From a virus (taxonomy: Duplodnaviria; Caudoviricetes), in IMG/VR virus record IMGVR_UViG_3300037276_000070, positions 1 to 59,352 of that record: a stretch of 59,352 nucleotides of DNA, one strand, 5' to 3'. The translations under genes and the position numbers were made by a program. Positions 45,986 through 54,919 of the stretch are shown here, in pieces. Below the pieces are notes generated by a model. The model was not told the origin of the DNA. It did not search any database and saw only the letters and a program-made list of their open reading frames with translations. The first letter of the stretch is position 1, and every line of letters begins with the position of its first letter.

Positions 45986-46176
45986 GAGGTTCCTTCGGTG
46001 AGCCGTTCAAGCTCTCAGGATGTTAGAGAGAAGGCGATAGCTCGCCAACCCCACACTTAACGATGGTGGCTCGTTTGACTCTAGGTGGGCGTCAAGCAAC
46101 GCCCCGTTCAACTTCGGGAACCGGAGTCCCCTTCGTGTCCTCGCTGCATAGGCTAGGCCTCCTAGGGTTGCTTGGT

Positions 46177-47547
46177 TCAGCTGAGCGTAAAGTTCTGTAC
46201 CTTGATGGTCGCAGCCGGGTGCAGGTTGAGCAATTGGCCCATTCCGCTCAGGTACGAGACCATGAGACGCTGGTGGTAGCCGCTCGTGCCTGGCGCGAAC
46301 ATGAACACATCCCCGTTTTCCGCACGAGCCGGCTTAATGTCGGTTCCACGGAATTGGAGGACCTTCTGGCCTTCCGTCTTACCTTCCGGCAAGATGTACG
46401 CCTTGAAGTGAGGACAGAACTCAGAGCCCTTGATTTCGATTGAGTCGTCTTGGTGGACGTACACAAACTTGTTCAAGCCTCTCTTGTTGTCTTCGATGCT
46501 CATGAAGCGGCGGTCCGTTTCGCGAGAGTCGATGAACGTGCTCCGGGCTTCCCGGTTGCAGAGCATCATCGGCCACTTGTAGCGACCTTCGCCAACAGCG
46601 TTCTTCACTTGGTTCATGGCTTGTTCAATGCTGTTGACGTCCAAGATGGCCGCCGCGTTGTCGTAGACAGTACCAGAAACAGCGCCTTGCTGGCTGATGC
46701 CATAGACGGTGCTGCCATCGTTACGGATGAGGGCGTCGAGGCCCGTCATCGCTTCCGTCGCCGACCCATAGTCCGCGATGGCCGTAAGGTTAGCAACAGT
46801 GGGCTGACCATACTTAACCCATTGTTCACCGGCAGCCGGCGTGTATGCCGTGACGGTTAGAATGGCGTTGGTGCTGGATTCAGCTTGGAGGGTGACCGTG
46901 TTGACGGTGCTGACCGGGTTGCGGGCAACCACGCGCCAATGGTCGAAGGTACCAGAAGCAACCGTAGGAGCTGCACCAGCAGCACCAGCAGCCGTCCAGG
47001 CCGAGACCGCTTCACCGAACTGGAATGAACCAGCGAAGCCTTGGTCCGTAGCGCCTTCGCGCATCGTGACGACAGCCTGTCCGCCAGTTACAGTAGCCGA
47101 GCTCGTACGACCGAGAACGCCAGTACCGTCACCATAGAACTGTTGGCAGAGAAGGCGCTTCATCGCCGTGGTCTTCGAGTCAACTTCCATGGCCAATGCC
47201 GAGGCATCATACTTGGACTTCGACTCAAGGATGCGACGATACAAGTTGTATTCGAGCTCAATCGTGGCATCGAATTCCTTGTAGGTCAGCGTACCTTCTT
47301 GGATGGAGCTTTCCGAGCCAGCAGGGAACTGGCTGCGGATACCAGGGTTCCGGTTCTGAACCGCCGAAGGGCCAAGGCTGGTTTGGAGCAGGAAGCGGGC
47401 TTCCCGGCCGTCGACCGAGCCGACACGCATGCGCTCGACCATTTCCCACTCTGGGTAGGTGATGCTAATCTGCTTGTGCACGCCTTCGATGAACGCAATG
47501 GTAAGATAGTTACCAAGTGCCAACTGGTTAATGGATGAATACGTCAT
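46177..47547 (-). CDS. Major capsid protein
   Basis: 456 aa after the scaffold; FYGDGTG and TGLDAL motifs; optimised codons. Confidence 0.88.
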   Translation of the reverse strand: MTYSSINQLALGNYLTIAFIEGVHKQISITYPEWEMVERMRVGSVDGREARFLLQTSLGPSAVQNRNPGIRSQFPAGSESSIQEGTLTYKEFDATIELEYNLYRRILESKSKYDASALAMEVDSKTTAMKRLLCQQFYGDGTGVLGRTSSATVTGGQAVVTMREGATDQGFAGSFQFGEAVSAWTAAGAAGAAPTVASGTFDHWRVVARNPVSTVNTVTLQAESSTNAILTVTAYTPAAGEQWVKYGQPTVANLTAIADYGSATEAMTGLDALIRNDGSTVYGISQQGAVSGTVYDNAAAILDVNSIEQAMNQVKNAVGEGRYKWPMMLCNREARSTFIDSRETDRRFMSIEDNKRGLNKFVYVHQDDSIEIKGSEFCPHFKAYILPEGKTEGQKVLQFRGTDIKPARAENGDVFMFAPGTSGYHQRLMVSYLSGMGQLLNLHPAATIKVQNFTLS

Positions 47548-47590
47548 TTGTTACTAACCCTTAATTTGGGCAACCTTGTTCAGGGTTGGC

Positions 47591-48730
47591 CTATTTACTG
47601 TTCCTAAGGATACTCATCAGACCGTCTGTGAGTCCCCCGATGCCGCCCTTGCGAATGCCGGCGGTCATCTGTGCTGTCATATCTGTTGCCGGCTGTAGAG
47701 CCCGGTTCGCTGCTGCTGCAACTCGTGTCTGAGCTGCGTCCTTTGTTTTGGCGATGGAGGCCCGTGCTTGGGCGCTCGCACTCTTGCCAATTGCTGCTTT
47801 GAATGAGGTGCTGACTCTGCGGAAGGTGGTATCTACCAGCTGGGCCGTTAGGGCCTGCTCATCCGGGAGAGCGATGAGTTCATCTAGCGCCTGCTGCCAT
47901 ACCGCTTTGTCGAAGGCAGCCTCTTGACCTGCATCGCCCAACGTACCAGCGAACCGATACTTGTTGAATACAGGGACCATTTGAGCTTCCAGGTTGGTAA
48001 GGTCTGCTTGTTCCTTAGCAGTTGCAGCCGCCTTTGCAGCCTCCTGCGCAGCCTTGTCACGCGTCTCAGAGTCCTTCCTGAGCTTGGCAATTTCGGCCTC
48101 CTGGTCCATCAGTTTGCGCTCAGCTTCAGTAGCCGTCTTGTAGCGCGCATCCCGCTGAATCTCGGTCTGAAGGAACTCTTTGTAGTGCCCCTTCTTGCCG
48201 CCAAGAAGGTCAATTACGCCTTCCACACCTGATTGCTGGTAGGCCGTTTCAAGAGTCTTCCAGTTGCTCTCCAGGTCTGCTAGCTTCGGCTCAATGTCCT
48301 TAAGCTTCGCTGCATGCTGGTCACGCTCCGCCTGCATCTTCCGGAAGCCATAAGCTTGTGGAAGAATGCGAGCTAGTGCCTCCTTGTCATTCAAGTCAAC
48401 AGACACTTTCCGACGTCCCTTGTCATCCGTTACTGAGAAGGAGAACGGGTTGGCTTCTGCTTTTGCAGAGGCGGCCTGTTCGGTCTCAGTAGCCTGAGCT
48501 GTGGGGGTGTCGCCTGGAACGTCTCCAAGACTTCCCAGGTCCGCTGGTTCTGCTTGCGCGTCACCGGCGAATTCGGACTCCGTCAGTTCCGTATGCTTTG
48601 GCGGCGGGTCCGTTAGGGACGAGCTGGCCTTGGCTGGAGCTGCGGTCGGCTTGGCGGTAGGGGTGAAGAGCGTGTCAAGCGCCTTCATTCCTGCCGACTC
48701 ACCACCAGATGAGATAACTTGCGTAGCCAT
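47591..48730 (-). CDS. Scaffolding protein
   Basis: Acidic/Pro-rich N-terminus then coiled coil; lies between portal and MCP. Confidence 0.8.
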   Translation of the reverse strand: MATQVISSGGESAGMKALDTLFTPTAKPTAAPAKASSSLTDPPPKHTELTESEFAGDAQAEPADLGSLGDVPGDTPTAQATETEQAASAKAEANPFSFSVTDDKGRRKVSVDLNDKEALARILPQAYGFRKMQAERDQHAAKLKDIEPKLADLESNWKTLETAYQQSGVEGVIDLLGGKKGHYKEFLQTEIQRDARYKTATEAERKLMDQEAEIAKLRKDSETRDKAAQEAAKAAATAKEQADLTNLEAQMVPVFNKYRFAGTLGDAGQEAAFDKAVWQQALDELIALPDEQALTAQLVDTTFRRVSTSFKAAIGKSASAQARASIAKTKDAAQTRVAAAANRALQPATDMTAQMTAGIRKGGIGGLTDGLMSILRNSK

Positions 48731-48741
48731 GTCATAACCTT

Positions 48742-48798
48742 ATGGCCGCCCCGAGGGGTGGGCCTAATGAGCCGTCCCCGGAATTGGGGATGGGCCTA
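48742..48798 (-). promoter_or_regulatory. Two tandem bulged hairpins in the scaffold leader
   Basis: TAGGCCCATCCCC..GGGGACGGCT and TAGGCCCACCCC..GGGGCGGCC. Confidence 0.65.
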
Positions 48799-48822
48799 TT
48801 TGTGTATTGACGTGTATTGGAG

Positions 48823-48851
48823 AGAGTCTCACACTATACAAAACTTGTCAA
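48823..48851 (-). promoter_or_regulatory. sigma70-type promoter for scaffold/capsid
   Basis: TTGACA-17-GACTCT with a GTGTGA extension like the other promoters here. Confidence 0.6.
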
Positions 48852-48867
48852 GCTATTTCTTTGAGGC

Positions 48868-50973
48868 TCAGGGCCCTAGGGGAGCTGGCCCGTTGCCAGC
48901 CTGAGGGCCTGGGGTGGGAGGTGCCCCTGTAGGAGGCCCAGCGGCCGCTGGAGGCGCTGCGCCCTGTCCTGGGGCTCCTGGTAAGCCCCCTGCCATTGCG
49001 GCGGCTCCTGGGACCGTCTGAGGGCCTGGAGGGGTACCTGCCGGATTGGCTCCAGGGCCCTGGGCCGGTTGGTGCATCGTGGCACTCTTGGCAGCCATCT
49101 GCTCTCTGGCCTTGATGTGGTCGTCAATGAGTTTCTGTACTGAGGGGTCTAGGTCCCTGAAATGGGCAGTCATTACATAGTCATAGGCATACTTAAGCAT
49201 GGCAGCATGCTGGGCAATCTCCCTGATTTCAACAGGTTGCCCTGTCGACTCTATCTCATCGAATATCTCCTGCTGCCGGTCAGCAGCCAGCTGGACCAGG
49301 TCGTATGCACCCTCCAGCTCGGACAGCTTCATCAGTCGGAGGAGGTCGCCAGTGTCCACTCCGGCCTTCTCGAATAGTGGCAACATCGTTATTAGCTCCT
49401 GCCGCCTAGACACGGGGTCGAGACTAAGGGAGGCGCCATACTCGACTACCAGGTCAAATCCGCCCTCAATGTCAGCACCCTTGATGTCCAGAGACTCGAA
49501 GGCCTTCTCCTTACCTAGCACGTAAATGGTCCGCTCATCGGTCCAGTGCTTGCGTACCAAGTCGAGGTAGGACTTGAACACGTTCTCCACCAGGAGTGTA
49601 TACTTGTTGAAGAGTCGGCGGCGGATAGAGTTGGACTGGCTGACTGCGTACTGCATCGAGAAGCCGGATTGCTCTCTAGACTGCTGTCCAAAGTTGGCCT
49701 CATTCACTCCGAACATATTGTCGATACCGGCAGCTGCCAATCCGATGAGCTGCTCCATCGCGGCAGGCATCTCCATAGGCTTCTGATATTCTGGCGCCCT
49801 AGTTCCGGTCCAACGCACCACATCGTAGGCTGAGTTGGTGATGGAGTCGTCGGCAACCTCAGTGTCCTCATGCATGAGCAGACGGGCAACGCCGTGTGCC
49901 CTGGCATTCTCAATCATGACGTTCATCAGGGCATTGTGTACATCCTGAATCGGAGCAGCATAGACGACCGTGCTTCGGCCCCATACAGCGCATGGATTGT
50001 CAATGTCAGTGATGATGTTGTAGGGCAGTTTGGCTATCTCGATTGCCGACTTCTTGGTCTTGTCTAGGCTGCCAGCCTTAACTGGAGCGAAGCGGTGTGG
50101 GTTGGTCTTTAGGGGGCTGAGTAGGTCGCCTTCGGCCGTACAGTAGCAGAAGCGGCCCTGCATGCCATTGACTGCCAGGCCCTTCTCCCAGTATTGGAAT
50201 ATCTCGACCACATCGAAGTGCTGTTGCTTGAGGAAGGTCGGGGAAGGCTCGGTCTCGACAGTAGAGCCTGAGCCGCTCATAGCCCTTGTCTGGTTCCTCA
50301 GCTTTTCGAGTAGCTCAGCTTTGTCGGGGAACATGCTAAGGGCTTCATCGTAGGACATGTAGAGCTTCTCAAGAACGAAGCGCACCTCGTTCCAGGTGGA
50401 TGCATCTGGGTCCAGATAGATGTTCCAGGGTAGCGGCACGGTAGCCTCAATGGCACCTTCGCACAGAATCTCGCCAGTCTCCTCATTGAACTCTAGGACA
50501 GCCCCTGCATCTGGGTTCCAGACCATCTTGACAAAGCCGGTACCGTACAAGAGGGCGTGGCCGTTACATCGGTCCATGAGCTCTTGCAGCTGGAATTGGC
50601 GAATGGCGTAGCGGATGAGCCGGTCGGCTGCATCTGCGGACCGCTTGTCGGCTAGGTCCTCAGACGTGGGACGGCAGACCACCGTAGGGGGGTTTGCGGA
50701 CATCTGAGAGTGCAGGAACCGGTAGTTCTTGAAGGTAGTGTTTATGCTGATGCGAGGCTGAGCCGTGAAGGCGTCGTCCACCCCAGTCCCGTCGCCAAGG
50801 GCCACCTTCTCTGCGCCAGACTCGTCCACATTCATGACGGTGAAGACGATGCGCTCTGACTCTCGCCAGGCCTTCTCCATCTCCACTCGGCCCTTGATGC
50901 TGTTCTGCAGGCGACGCTGAAGTTCCGCCTTCTGCCGCTCCTCGCCAATCCATGTATCGAGTTTCAAGGCCAT
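48868..50973 (-). CDS. Portal protein (P22-like)
   Basis: 701 aa after TerL; P...D...A..A, YGTGFVK..W, IYLDPDA, WGRS, SG and a Pro/Ala/Gly tail. Confidence 0.9.
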   Translation of the reverse strand: MALKLDTWIGEERQKAELQRRLQNSIKGRVEMEKAWRESERIVFTVMNVDESGAEKVALGDGTGVDDAFTAQPRISINTTFKNYRFLHSQMSANPPTVVCRPTSEDLADKRSADAADRLIRYAIRQFQLQELMDRCNGHALLYGTGFVKMVWNPDAGAVLEFNEETGEILCEGAIEATVPLPWNIYLDPDASTWNEVRFVLEKLYMSYDEALSMFPDKAELLEKLRNQTRAMSGSGSTVETEPSPTFLKQQHFDVVEIFQYWEKGLAVNGMQGRFCYCTAEGDLLSPLKTNPHRFAPVKAGSLDKTKKSAIEIAKLPYNIITDIDNPCAVWGRSTVVYAAPIQDVHNALMNVMIENARAHGVARLLMHEDTEVADDSITNSAYDVVRWTGTRAPEYQKPMEMPAAMEQLIGLAAAGIDNMFGVNEANFGQQSREQSGFSMQYAVSQSNSIRRRLFNKYTLLVENVFKSYLDLVRKHWTDERTIYVLGKEKAFESLDIKGADIEGGFDLVVEYGASLSLDPVSRRQELITMLPLFEKAGVDTGDLLRLMKLSELEGAYDLVQLAADRQQEIFDEIESTGQPVEIREIAQHAAMLKYAYDYVMTAHFRDLDPSVQKLIDDHIKAREQMAAKSATMHQPAQGPGANPAGTPPGPQTVPGAAAMAGGLPGAPGQGAAPPAAAGPPTGAPPTPGPQAGNGPAPLGP

Positions 50974-50976
50974 GGG

Positions 50977-51240
50977 TTACTCCTCAGGTCCGGTTGAGTC
51001 ATGTGGATGGGAGGCGGACTCATCGACAGCTTGGTGGGCTGCTTCTTGGAGTTCCGGGTCGTCTATCTTGGGGGCTGCTTTACGGAGGAACTCACGAGCT
51101 TCCTCACAATGGCCCTCGTCCTCACAAGCTTGAATGACGTTTATGGCATATTGGACCCGGACCTCTAGAGGGACTCCTTCCAGAGCCGACTTGCCCCTTG
51201 GAACTGGACCATCTCGCATCGCCGCTATCAGCAACTTCAT
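50977..51240 (-). CDS. Hypothetical protein
   Basis: GGAGG RBS, 87 aa. Confidence 0.7.
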   Translation of the reverse strand: MKLLIAAMRDGPVPRGKSALEGVPLEVRVQYAINVIQACEDEGHCEEAREFLRKAAPKIDDPELQEAAHQAVDESASHPHDSTGPEE

Positions 51241-51288
51241 AGTGCCTCCAGGGGACGGCGGGGGCCCCTAAGTTTCAGCAGTTTCATG

Positions 51289-51438
51289 TTACCTCCAACT
51301 TCTTCCGTTGCTAAGGCGTTTCAGATGAGCAAAGCGGGCGCGTTCGAGCTTGAGCTGCCGCCTCTGATTCATGACACCTAGTATACAGAAACTTGTATAT
51401 ACAGTGAAGATGCTCCATACCACTACTGCGATTACCAT
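51289..51438 (-). CDS. Small single-TM protein
   Basis: MVIAVVVWSIFTVYTSFCILGV followed by a basic tail; coupled to the TerL stop. Confidence 0.6.
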   Translation of the reverse strand: MVIAVVVWSIFTVYTSFCILGVMNQRRQLKLERARFAHLKRLSNGRSWR

Positions 51439-52895
51439 GCTCTGCTCCGTCTTTGTATGCGGTATGGCTTGAGAATTCTGTTTACGCCGACTGCTGACTT
51501 CGGCTGCGGGTTGGCAGCGGCCTTCCGGTCCTGCTCCATCTTGATGCGGAGGCGGACATGCAGCTCTGGCACCGACACCTGAGCTACTTCCGGCTTCGGG
51601 ATACAGTCCCATCCGTAGATGCAGCAGTCGTGAAGGTGGTACTTGTGCGAGTTCACAATGCGGTCAGCCTGATTCTCGGACCATTGCATGGAACCCAGTT
51701 CATCAACTAGGTCAGCACAGTCCTCAGTGATGAACAGGCGAACACCTAGTGCCTTCTGCAGGCCCTTCATCATCTCTGAGCGGCGGTTGTTCTTATCCCA
51801 TGGGGTGCCGTAGTGTGTACCCATGGCTGCCGCCTCACCGATGTACCAGGTGGCAGCTGAGTCGCAGGTTCGTCTGACGATGTTCAGGCCGCGCAGGCTG
51901 GACTGAACGGCAGTGACTAGGTCGGAGGGGACTGGTATGCCAGTAAAATAGCGAGCACGGACTACATACCAGAGGCCTGTCTTCGGATGCTCGGCGGCTA
52001 CCACACACCCATGCTTAGATTGTAGGGCAGGGTCAGCCCACTCAACATGGCGCCAGGTTGTCGAATAGTCGGCGGGCATCTTGACGAGGGCAGAGTCGGG
52101 CACATGATAGGCGGCAAGGTCAGAGTCCATCCAGTCGCCTTCGAGAATGCACTTCCGGTAGGTCTCCGGCATGCCTTCGAGGGACTGGAGAATCTGCGAC
52201 TTATCCTCATCCGTATAGATTGGATTGTCGAACATGCGTAGCTTGTAGACGGCTGCCAGCGGTCTCTGGCTCTGGTCCACCATGCGGCGTATTTCCAGGT
52301 TGGTGGTCTTGGGAGTGAAGGAGGCAAAGAACCAGCCTCTGCGGTCCTGAAGTCGGCGCTGGAGCTCCTCGATGAGTTTCCAGCTGGAGGGCATCTCGTC
52401 CATCCAGATGCCGTTCAGTTCGTAGGCCTGCACCTTCTCCTGGGCTTCGGTGCTGTTGTGGTGCGAAGCGAATAGGAGGATGTTGCCGGTCGGCCGGTGA
52501 ACCACCTTCTGTAGCATGTTGCCGACCCGCTGCTCGTGCAGTTCGCCCTCCTTGAAGAAGGCCCTGAGCTTGCGGAAGAGTACCTCCTCGACCTGCTTGG
52601 ACACGCGGCCGATGACGAGGAACTGGAGAGTTCCGGTGCCCCAGTGGGCAGGCCGCACGTAGCCTGGCTTGTTCTCGGCCAGAGCCCAGGCCATCTTGCG
52701 AGCCCCCAGCTGGCTCTTGCCAGACCGGTTGCCGGCGACCACGTACTGTACCCGCACCTCTTCTGAATCGTCCAGGATGACCTGTTGAAAGGAGGTAGGA
52801 CGGGATGCAGGCCGAAAGGCATCGAACACCTCGGCCCGCTCCAGGTCGGCCAGCCGGGCGGCTGCCTTAGCTAGTTGGGATGCAGTAAGGGACAG
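51432..52895 (-). CDS. terL: Terminase large subunit (start likely CTG at 52895; track start GTG at 52829)
   Basis: Walker A AGNRSGKS, Walker B IWMDE, SFTP, DNP and nuclease WADPA. Confidence 0.93.
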   Translation of the reverse strand: MSLTASQLAKAAARLADLERAEVFDAFRPASRPTSFQQVILDDSEEVRVQYVVAGNRSGKSQLGARKMAWALAENKPGYVRPAHWGTGTLQFLVIGRVSKQVEEVLFRKLRAFFKEGELHEQRVGNMLQKVVHRPTGNILLFASHHNSTEAQEKVQAYELNGIWMDEMPSSWKLIEELQRRLQDRRGWFFASFTPKTTNLEIRRMVDQSQRPLAAVYKLRMFDNPIYTDEDKSQILQSLEGMPETYRKCILEGDWMDSDLAAYHVPDSALVKMPADYSTTWRHVEWADPALQSKHGCVVAAEHPKTGLWYVVRARYFTGIPVPSDLVTAVQSSLRGLNIVRRTCDSAATWYIGEAAAMGTHYGTPWDKNNRRSEMMKGLQKALGVRLFITEDCADLVDELGSMQWSENQADRIVNSHKYHLHDCCIYGWDCIPKPEVAQVSVPELHVRLRIKMEQDRKAAANPQPKSAVGVNRILKPYRIQRRSRAW

Positions 52896-52904
52896 AAGGT
52901 AACC

Positions 52905-53528
52905 CTAGTAGGTGTAGCCACTGTTGCAGAGGAGTATCTGGCAGGTCTGGCCGGAGGTTGTTGTACAGGCCAGTTGGCCTTCTGGACGCAGAGGCATGTA
53001 GGCCTGGTCTGCGGACACCTGGGCATTCATGCGGATGGTTACGACCTGGGCGGCGCACACCGTGATGGTGCCACTGCCTGAGTCGGTGAAGGAGCTGACC
53101 GGATTCGAATTGCCCTGGTAAGCACTGAGTTGGAAGGTGTTGGTGGTGGCATTCTGAATGAAGTAGGCCTGGGATGGGTCTAGGCCGCCTGGCACCGTCC
53201 CCGTTGAGCCGATTGCTACCATTTGACCGTTGGTGTAACCATGTGCTGCAATCGTGAGCACTCCGGTGGTCGGGCTGACGGCTGACACGGTCTGGTTGGT
53301 GGAGGCTGAGGCGGAGGCCGTCTTGATGGTGTTCCAGATGCCATAGCCGGTGCTGTCCTGGAAGACAAGGCTTGGGGTACCTACTACGGCACCTGTGTAG
53401 ATGTCGATGACCAGGTTGAGTCGAGCCTCATTGGCGATACCAACACCGCAGACTGGGGCTAGGGTGGACGAGGCTGGGACAGACACGCCTCTGGACATGC
53501 ACTTCTTGACCTGATAGCCGGATGACAT
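52905..53528 (-). CDS. Structural-type beta protein between TerS and TerL
   Basis: AHG..NGQ.V....G..P.GL.....YF......TFQLSA domain shared with 45110..45985. Confidence 0.75.
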   Translation of the reverse strand: MSSGYQVKKCMSRGVSVPASSTLAPVCGVGIANEARLNLVIDIYTGAVVGTPSLVFQDSTGYGIWNTIKTASASASTNQTVSAVSPTTGVLTIAAHGYTNGQMVAIGSTGTVPGGLDPSQAYFIQNATTNTFQLSAYQGNSNPVSSFTDSGSGTITVCAAQVVTIRMNAQVSADQAYMPLRPEGQLACTTTSGQTCQILLCNSGYTY

Positions 53529-54158
53529 TTAAGACTCCTTCTTGGGGATTGGACTGGCTGCCACGTTGGCAACCCGTTCCAGGCGTATGCCCTGAGCGGC
53601 GAGGAGGGCCTCTAGCTCAGCTTTGTTCATTGTTTCGATGCCGCCCTTGCCATCTGCTTGCTCTGGAGCCTTGGCCCGCTTGCCTAACAGGTCGGCGACC
53701 ACCTTGACCATCTGGACGCGGGCGCCCTGGGCCTTGGGGTCGGTGTTGAGGAGGACGTCCTCGGCCGCAGCGAGGGAGAGGTGGAGCAGCCATTCCAGGC
53801 GCTCAGAGGTCACGGAGGTGTTGCTGAACCAGGCCTTGAAGCCTGGCCTGCCCCACCAGTTGGCGAGGGCGGCTGAGCCGCTGGCCTGCTGTGCAGCGGC
53901 TAGGGTGAGGCCGGCTGCAGCCGAGTCGCCCAGATTGGCCCAGGTCCTGGCCTTCACCCGCACCATGGCCTCTGTGGGCCTGAAATCGGCCACTGGGTCC
54001 ACGGAGACGAGAGAGGAAGGGGCTCCTACCGCCGGTAGCTCGGACGCACCTGGCGCGACGGTAGGGGCCTCTAATCCTGCCGGCACAGGCTCCTGGGGAG
54101 AAACAGGAGGCGTCTGGTCCAAAGGAGGCAGGATGCTTTTGCGTAAGTTGCTTGACAC
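53529..54158 (-). CDS. Terminase small subunit candidate
   Basis: HTH-like W...P.F..W segment and helical oligomerisation region; upstream of TerL. Confidence 0.6.
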   Translation of the reverse strand: MSSNLRKSILPPLDQTPPVSPQEPVPAGLEAPTVAPGASELPAVGAPSSLVSVDPVADFRPTEAMVRVKARTWANLGDSAAAGLTLAAAQQASGSAALANWWGRPGFKAWFSNTSVTSERLEWLLHLSLAAAEDVLLNTDPKAQGARVQMVKVVADLLGKRAKAPEQADGKGGIETMNKAELEALLAAQGIRLERVANVAASPIPKKES

Positions 54159-54439
54159 TAGGTAGTCCAGTTCACTGCTGGGCGGGTTGGCTTGACACTG
54201 ACCCAGCCCCAGCGGGCCTTCGGGTCTACATCGGTAAGGTAACCAGAGTGTTGCAGGAAGAGTAGCTGGTCATAGAGGCGGGTGCTGTTGAGCTTGAGCG
54301 CCCTGGCAAGAGGACCGGCCTTGATAAGGACAGCTCCGTCGGCAGTGCGCTCCAGCATCCCATCTGTGGGGGCCGAGTAGAGCAGGATGAGCATGATGCG
54401 GTCTGCTAGGTAGCGAACACGAACAGATTCAATTGCCAC
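54158..54439 (-). CDS. Winged-helix DNA-binding protein
   Basis: GPLARALKLNSTRLYDQLLFLQHSGYL; GTG after GGAGG. The TTG in the track is part of the -35 box. Confidence 0.7.
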   Translation of the reverse strand: MAIESVRVRYLADRIMLILLYSAPTDGMLERTADGAVLIKAGPLARALKLNSTRLYDQLLFLQHSGYLTDVDPKARWGWVSVKPTRPAVNWTT

Positions 54440-54457
54440 TGCGTACCTCCATCTGCG

Positions 54458-54487
54458 ACCATAGCACACCTTAGTAAGATGTGTCAA
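54458..54487 (-). promoter_or_regulatory. sigma70-type promoter (third of three in tandem)
   Basis: TTGACA-18-TATGGT with a GTGTGC extension. Confidence 0.72.
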
Positions 54488-54549
54488 GCATTTATTGTAT
54501 GAACAGAATAATGCTTACATGCATACATAGCTTACGTGTGTGAGGCTAT

Positions 54550-54600
54550 CTGCACCTGTACCAGGTTCTGAGTTACTCAGCAAGCATCCGAATGCTTCAG
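54550..54600. other. Three abutting palindromes in an AT-rich tract (origin/priming-signal candidate)
   Basis: ACCTG/CAGGT at 54554-66, CTGAG/CTCAG at 54568-80 and AAGCAT/ATGCTT at 54582-97. Confidence 0.5.
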
Positions 54601-54662
54601 TATATACACCAGCTTGTGCTTGCATAAGCTCATGTCTGTCAGGAAGCTCAACTACATGTAGC

Positions 54663-54692
54663 ATAGTACCAGTAGTTCGGAAGGCCTGTCAA
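54663..54692 (-). promoter_or_regulatory. sigma70-type promoter (second of three)
   Basis: TTGACA-18-TACTAT with TGn. Confidence 0.68.
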
Positions 54693-54885
54693 GCGGAATC
54701 GTACAAGTAGCCGAATAGACACAGACACGGCGAGTCCCTCCAATACCCAGGATGTCCAGACACAACGACTGAAAGGGCCCTAAGGACCCTCCGTTGGCAT
54801 ACATACCTCGCACCCAGGACGCTACGGTGGGCGAGTCGGGCTTCTGAGTTCCCTTGTCGGCTGCAGAGCAAGCGGCCCCACCATA
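54693..54885 (-). ncRNA. Putative structured RNA between tandem promoters
   Basis: Stem 54877-85/54823-31 begins at the predicted TSS; nested stems 54807-11/54730-34, 54792-96/54763-67 and 54784-90/54774-80. Confidence 0.5.
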
Positions 54886-54890
54886 CGCAT

Positions 54891-54919
54891 ACCTTATCAC
54901 ACCCCTTCCTGGGTGTCAA
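54891..54919 (-). promoter_or_regulatory. sigma70-type promoter (first of three)
   Basis: TTGACA-17-TAAGGT with a GTGTGA extension. Confidence 0.75.

Noticed and set aside
54440-54487. TTG start at 54487 for the wHTH gene
   Set aside because: The TTG is part of the TTGACA -35 box. GGAGG-GTG at 54439 is the better start.
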